Shown piece after piece: positions 58,305 through 64,000 of a DNA stretch of 64,000 nucleotides. Under the pieces are notes generated by a model. The model was given only the letters and a program-made list of their open reading frames with translations, ran no database searches and was not told the DNA's origin. Each line of letters begins with the position of its first letter. Position 1 is the stretch's first letter. The position numbers and the translations under genes were made by a program. This DNA comes from Selaginella moellendorffii (taxonomy: Eukaryota; Plantae; Lycopodiophyta). The stretch is taken from the NCBI RefSeq assembly GCF_000143415.4, contig NW_003314380.1, forward strand, positions 144,924 through 208,923, in the 5' to 3' direction.

Positions 58305-58480
58305 CTTCTTTCGGAAGTCCAATTCAAGCGGTTGCGTTTTCTGTTTTTCGAAAAAAGGAAAACTTCACAGATTTGAAATGGATTATTTGTGCACCAATCC
58401 CTCTCCCAGGATGCCGTCGATATTCATCGCGGGCATACCGTGGAACATGAATACTCCGGCATTCATGCATGCTTTGGCAT
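58305..58480 (-). pseudogene. Remnant of the ART-like gene
   Basis: Encodes FMFHGMPAMNIDGILGEGLVHK, matching FMFHGTPEINIDGILHEGLVLT at about 61535-61605. The 3' flank gaagtccaattc matches about 60990. Confidence 0.75.
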
Positions 58481-58484
58481 TGAA

Positions 58485-59195
58485 ATACTCTGGCATTTCC
58501 CGTGCATGTTGATGAGCGAGTTCGCCACCCTGAGCTCGCCGTTGGAGCTAAACTGGGCGATCCTGGAGTGTACGACGCTGTGACGATGACGGGAGGCTTG
58601 GATGCGTGTGCCAACTTAGGAAGTTTGGCGATAAGTGATCCCTTTTGAGATGCCCAAGCATTCGCTCAAAGTGATCCAAGTCCATGAGCCTCAGTGCCTC
58701 GGCCGAGTCTTCGTTTCTCACGTAGGCCGCGATGAGAGTGTTCCAGGACACCACATCCCTCACGGGCATCTTGTCAAAAAACACTCTTTCGCTTCGTGCA
58801 AACGCCCGTGTTGGGCATAAGTCGTCACCATGGAGTTCCAAGTCACGACGCTTCTCTCGCCCATTTCGTCAAACAAGTCCCGAGCTAGCCTCTTTGGGCA
58901 TACGCGGCGATCATGGTATTCCACGAAGAAGCGTATTTCCTTGGTACAAACTTCTCGCCGTGTCCATATGCCCTCTCTGGGTATACGTCGCGATCATAGT
59001 GGCGTCTCACGTAAGTGGCGATGATCAAGAGGCTCCTGTGACAATGCCTTCTCTAGCGTACTTGAGGCTTGCCATACATTTCGATCAGCAGGAAACCGTA
59101 CCGTTTTTGTCAAGGCTTCTCTTCTAACAAGTTTTTGGAGCCGCCACACTTTCGGAGAGGGGGAGCGTTCGTGAGGACTGATCGAGATCATATGA
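58485..59195 (-). pseudogene. Deleted and frameshifted duplicate of the 5' half of the PPR gene at 54890-56560
   Basis: MISISPH start and FFDKMPVRDVVSWNTLIAAYVRNEDSAEALRL, collinear with about 55704-56560, with many deletions. Confidence 0.9.
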
Positions 59196-59253
59196 GAGCT
59201 GGAACATAACGCTGTTAACCTCTAACGAGGTAACTGGAAAATTTACAGGCTCT

Positions 59254-60844
59254 TCACAGCATCCATCTCTTCCCTATGTAGAAGCCGAGGCCAACTCCAA
59301 CCAAAGACAGAGATCCAAGCCGCCAGCGAACTCCCCACGATTTTTTCTCTGGGACTTCAAGTAGAGCATCGACCTGCAAAAGGGCATCAGCACTAGAAAA
59401 ATGCGAAGGCTAATAAACAACACACCTCGATAGGTGGTTTGGTCCAGTTGGCAATGATCCCTGAAACGTGACCTTTGCCGACAACCGCAACAACGGAGGC
59501 GTATTTGCTGCACGCGCTTCTCAGCGTTGAAGTCATGAATCTGCCCAAGGAAACCGAGCGAATAAGAGTTAAGAAGCGTCAGACGAACTTACAAGTCTCT
59601 TTCCGTCAGGAGAGCGTCCAGAAGCGTGGGAAAATTCTTGCAATATTCTCTCAGGAATTTTACAAATTCATCGGTGTCGGTGAGCTCCGTTAGCTGAAGC
59701 AAAGTGTTAAAGAGAACTGCTCTATAGGGAAAACGAAGACTTGACAAACCATTTTCTCGAGTTCCTCAGCCCCCGGTAGGCGAATTATACTCCAGAGTAA
59801 AGTCCCGCCCAGCTTCATCTTTTGCCAGAGTGTCAACCTCGCCACAGCTCGTTTCAGCGAAATCTAAAACGAACAAGTCACTCCACTGACGGAATGCCAT
59901 GCGCACTACGTACCGAAGCAGGCCGGTCCCCGAGAATAACAAGCGCATTGCAAGCGCGTCCGATTTCATAAGCTCTTCGAAATTCACCCCCCGGTGGAAC
60001 TTCCAGCCTTTGAGCAGCCTGAAAACCTGTAGTTTTGAAGTGATGTACACTTACGAGGAAGGATACCTTTGCGAGGAAGTACGAATAAATGATTCCAAAG
60101 GAATTCATTTTCTTTGATCTCCACGACTCTAGCATCTGCTTTACTGTGGGAATCTGAAAATTCAACGGAGGAATACAAAATAGAATACTCATCCATAACA
60201 ATCCATAAAGACGTACTCCATTTGTTGTTTTCAAAAGCAAAGAGCATCGTTCTCTGCACAACTCAAGAAAAACTGCCTGTTCACGAAAAGAAGTCAGATA
60301 GAGTCTGTGGAACAAAAAGTGAAGAAAGCTAGCCTCTGGTTTGACGAGCTTGATCACGGCTTCAACGAGATCGCACGACTCCTGTAATTGTTTTTCATGA
60401 ATTTCATGAAACAAGAAAGGAAAAAGAAAGAATGCCATGCAGCCCAAAGGAAGAAAACTAATAAGCTCGAGAAACACTTGCCTTAGAAATATGCGCTGTG
60501 CCGACCATATAGACCGTAGACTCAAGGCCGGTCTCTCCCGAAATGTGATGAATGACTTCCACAGATTTTCTCATCTTCTCAGGCAACTCGCGGAGAGCTT
60601 CCTCTTCTTCTCCCTCTTCTTCTTTTCCTTGTGCTTCTTCTCCTTCTTCTTCGCCCCTTCGATCCTCCTGTTCCTCCGGCCCGGCGTGATTCTCAGTCTT
60701 CTCCGTCTCTACTGAATCGTCGACACGAACCAATCGATCGCTTCCGGGATCCACCTTAAAATTCTCCAAGCGATCCGGCTGGAATGCGGGGGGAGGAGCA
60801 TCACAGACCTTCGCCGCGGCGTCTCCCGTCGTGCTCTCCGCCAT
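59254..60844 (-). CDS. TraB-domain protein, copy B (intact, first intron GC-AG)
   Basis: Same exon series as copy A: VYMVGTAHISK|GCAAGT, VFLELCRER, PGGEFRRAY, ILGDRPAS, VVAVVGKGHVSGI. Stop at 59254. Confidence 0.85.
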
Positions 60845-61034
60845 GCTCCGCCCTAAAACCTCAGTCAATAATGCGCTAAAGTTACCTTAACAATGCGACG
60901 AATTATACTTTAAAGCTTTGGTCAAGCCCAAAAAATTTGATATCTTCCCAATGTTAGACCTTGTCATGGAAATCGATCCTAGTCTCTTCCGAAAGTCCAA
61001 TTCTTTTTAATTTTTGGCAGAAATTGAGGAATGC

Positions 61035-62088
61035 TCACTAAAGAAAAAGAAAAAACGGAAAAGTATTACATCGAGTCCAGAAAAAAAGAAGCTGTTTATA
61101 TATACCTTGCTCGATGTGAGATGGATTGTGGCTACTGGCAGTGAACGATGTGGCGCATTGGCAGAAATCGTCCAGACATCCCTGTGCTTTTCACTCTGGA
61201 AAGAAGAAAAAAGAGAGTCGATCAAGCTATGGATCACCAAGAACATATCTTACGGGATGAGAGGGAATGGTAAGAACGAGAGAGATAGAGTGGAGTCGAT
61301 CAATCTATGACCACGAAGAGCTCTTACCGGAGAGGGTATGAGCACGACAGAGATTGGAAAGAAGAAGAGAGAGAGAGAGAGTGGAGGCTCGATCAATCTA
61401 TCACCAAGAAGGAGAGATCTTACCGGAGAGGGTATGAGCACGAGGAAGAGGAGTATCTTGGGGACGCCATTGAAGTTGGGCTTTGTGAAGCTTAGGCAGT
61501 TATTGACGGAGGTGCTGAAGAAGAACTTGTCGAGATTTGTGAGCACCAATCCCTCGTGCAGGATGCCATCGATGTTTATCTCGGGCGTGCCGTGGAACAT
61601 GAATCTGACCAGATCCATCCCTGATCCACGCAATAGAAGCGAAAGCAGGAGTGAGAAAGGAAATTTTAGGCAAGAAAGGAAGAAGAAGAGCGTACGATAG
61701 CATATTGGATCGATCGAGCGAGGGAACACGCTACCTGGACGGTCATCGCCGAAGAGCCTCTGGCACTCGCGGCGGAAGCCAGTGTAGGGCGCGTAATCGG
61801 CTTGTTGCAAGCCGGGATTCATCTCCACGGTGTAGTTGTAGCAGCTGATCATCCAGGAGACCCTGGAGCGCACGAAATCCGGATCCAGGAAGGCCGCGAG
61901 CCAGTATCTGTCCTCCGACGCTGCCACATTGTGAAGCGCTGCCGGTGCTTCCTTCTGGCGAGCAAAGACGGGGCAAAGATCACGAAATTTCGAAAGATTT
62001 CCAGCGATCCTGGACCGGAGAAGCGGAAATTCACCGGATTTACCTCGCGAAGCCGGCCCAGCCCTGGAATCGACGCGCAAGCCCCCAT
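61035..62088 (-). CDS. Small PARP-like ADP-ribosyltransferase-fold protein with MGACAS N-terminus, about 197 aa, 5 exons
   Basis: Exons 62088-62044, 61954-61696, 61620-61424, 61195-61106 and 61037-61035, with phase-consistent GT-AG introns. Motifs RFMFHGTPEINIDGILHEGL, FFFSTS, ILLFLVL, DVWTIS..HRSLPVATI. Confidence 0.68.
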
Positions 62089-62224
62089 TCTACCCTAGCC
62101 AAGCTTCTCCGTGAAATTCATTCAAATACAATGGAAGGCGCTTAAAACCCAGAGGTTCCTTCGAATATGCGGATGCTCTTGATTCCTAGAATATGCTTTT
62201 TACATGTTCTTCCTTCTTGGCATT

Positions 62225-63715
62225 AGAAATGCTTAGTTTGTGAGTCTGGTTTTATGCCATTTTACACTTAAACTTCCAAGTTTCGATGTGAAAGCATTGG
62301 ACCGGTCTTGACGCCGCCGCCTTTGTTCTTCCTTTGTTTCATCGCTGCTGGGCTTAGCTGCTCCTCTCGCTCGCGCAGCTCTTCTCCTCACTAGAAATCG
62401 CCACACTAGAGCTTCGAGCTTGGTGGTTTAACCCTCCTTTAGTTCAAGTAAATTTCCATTTTACACTTAAAAGCTTCGACGTGAAAGACCTCCATCAGAG
62501 ACTGCATCTTTCTCAGAGATGGCAAGCTTCGTGACATTGTCCCTCCACATTTGGCCTGCTTCTCCCATCATATCCTTCACTGCCTTGTCAACGATCGTGG
62601 CATCTGGACTCGGTGGCAAGCGAGAGCCGATCTTCCAATGCTCCACAGCGAGCGCACAGTTAAGTGGCTGGTCGTACAAGAAAGGCCATCCAATCACGGG
62701 GACTCCAAGCACGAACGATCGTCTCCAAAAGAGAATTTCATCCACAATGAGTGAGAAACGCACCCACGGAACGATGCTTGAGAATCTGTGTGGACGACAT
62801 ATTAAGCAGGTAAAAGAAGAAGCTTACCTTGAGTTGAGGAGCCCAGAAAACAAACTTGCATTTGTCATAACTTGGATCTTAGAAAAGTTTTCGAAGCTCA
62901 TTGTTGTCTGATCGTATCACCCAGGCTTCCAAAGGAGACGTAGATGACTGATTTGGACGGCTGCTCGTCCAGCCAGTCGAGGCAGCTCATATCTTCCATC
63001 CAAAAACCACACCTCTCCTGCTCGAGTTCGTACACTCCAACCTGCCCGTCGAATGCAAATGACGGAAGCAATGAACCGATTGGAAGAAACTGTGGTGTGT
63101 CTCTAGCAAGTTGGTCGAGCTGAGATGTTTCGTAGAAAGAGTTTATAAACACCGGTATACCCGAGAGTGAAGTTGGGATCTACGGTGTGAACTTCTTGAA
63201 GATGCAAAGGAAATTCCCATTCAGAAATTGGAGGGAGGCCGGGTACGAAATCTATGATCCTCGAAGGAATAATAAAAACTCAAGTGGAATAGATTAAGAA
63301 GTACCTTTTAGCGGCAGGAGTCCATTTTCCTTGAGCACAAGAAGACCATTCTGGATGCTAAGCCACGAAGCAGAAAATGTTGAAAGAGTCACCTTGCAAA
63401 TCAGGAACTGGCGAGCGACGCCTTGAAGGCTAGTAATTGCTATGTCGATGAGTATGCAAGACACTCTGGGCAGAGAATCATCTGCCATGATATCTCAAAT
63501 AATCTTGGGCACTGCCAGTTTGAGATTCTTCTCCAAGATAGCAGCAAACTGGAGCAGAACCGTAGTGACGGAGAAGGCTTCTGGAATGAAGGCATCCGGT
63601 AAGTAGACAAATCTCAAGTGCTGACCAGTAGCTTGTTGCTCAGTAGCTATAAAAGCCTCCTTTTTGTTTGAGATTAAGAAAGTGATGAAAAATCCATTGA
63701 TGAAAAATCCATATA
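62225..63715 (-). pseudogene. UGT pseudogene, 5'-truncated and frameshifted
   Basis: Collinear with UGT copies 1 and 2, but split into 63495-63722, 63294-63488, 62898-63152 and 62467-62763 in different frames. The N-terminal PHLLAVP is replaced by AT-rich DNA. The 3' end is duplicated at about 62225-62295. Confidence 0.88.
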
Positions 63716-64000
63716 AAATCAAATTTATTCTATCTCAATTGCATTCTCTTCTTGCCATGTCATTGTCATCCACCAGTCAACGTCCCTTAGAACCTTCAAC
63801 ACTTACCTTTTCATCTTCTTGTATTAGGTAATATGCTAATTATAATACTATATTGAGATTAAATTTAATTTATCCATTCTTATATATATGATAATAGATT
63901 TATTAATTGGGGTTTATTACTTACCATTTCCATCTACTTTTGGTAAAACAAATGGCAATGCAATGTAGTTTCTTCTTTAATAGTGAAGAGCAATGAAGTT

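Noticed and set aside
1-64000. tRNA, rRNA or other structured RNA genes
   Set aside because: None recognisable by eye. The only tRNA-related sequence is the PBS of the LTR element. A tRNAscan/Infernal run would be needed to exclude them.

Overview
Gene-dense, intron-containing land-plant nuclear DNA. Introns of about 50-90 bp, intergenic gaps often under 100 bp and several intronless PLS-class PPR genes strongly suggest the lycophyte Selaginella (inferred from style, not from a search). About 27 apparently intact genes are present: a SPARK/RKF3-like receptor kinase (5' truncated), STELLO, RAD17, four PLS-PPRs, an RNF4-type STUbL, a JAZ, an NB-ARC-ARM protein, an RRM protein, a dynein light chain, SPPL1, HPAT, a class IV aminotransferase-like protein, OSTC, CCDC93, two UGTs, an ankyrin protein and two TraB copies (one with a GG splice donor). 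Three things stand out. (1) An unrecognised family of secreted proteins built from shuffled CxxC/CxxxC modules: three tandem genes at 6970-10274 and a fourth at 35780-36160. (2) A five-exon gene, not evident from the ORF track, encoding a small PARP-like ADP-ribosyltransferase-fold protein with an MGACAS lipidation-type N-terminus (61035-62088), plus three fragmentary copies. (3) An LRR-less NB-ARC-ARM protein starting with MADA. Structurally the window shows two head-to-tail segmental duplications with reciprocal gene decay, a scrambled UGT cluster, a 3.3-kb non-autonomous LTR element (TSD, PBS, PPT) with an internal palindrome of about 0.85-kb arms, and a 4-kb decayed AT-rich insertion. All exon structures were inferred by eye from GT/GC-AG sites and frame continuity; no database searches were run.
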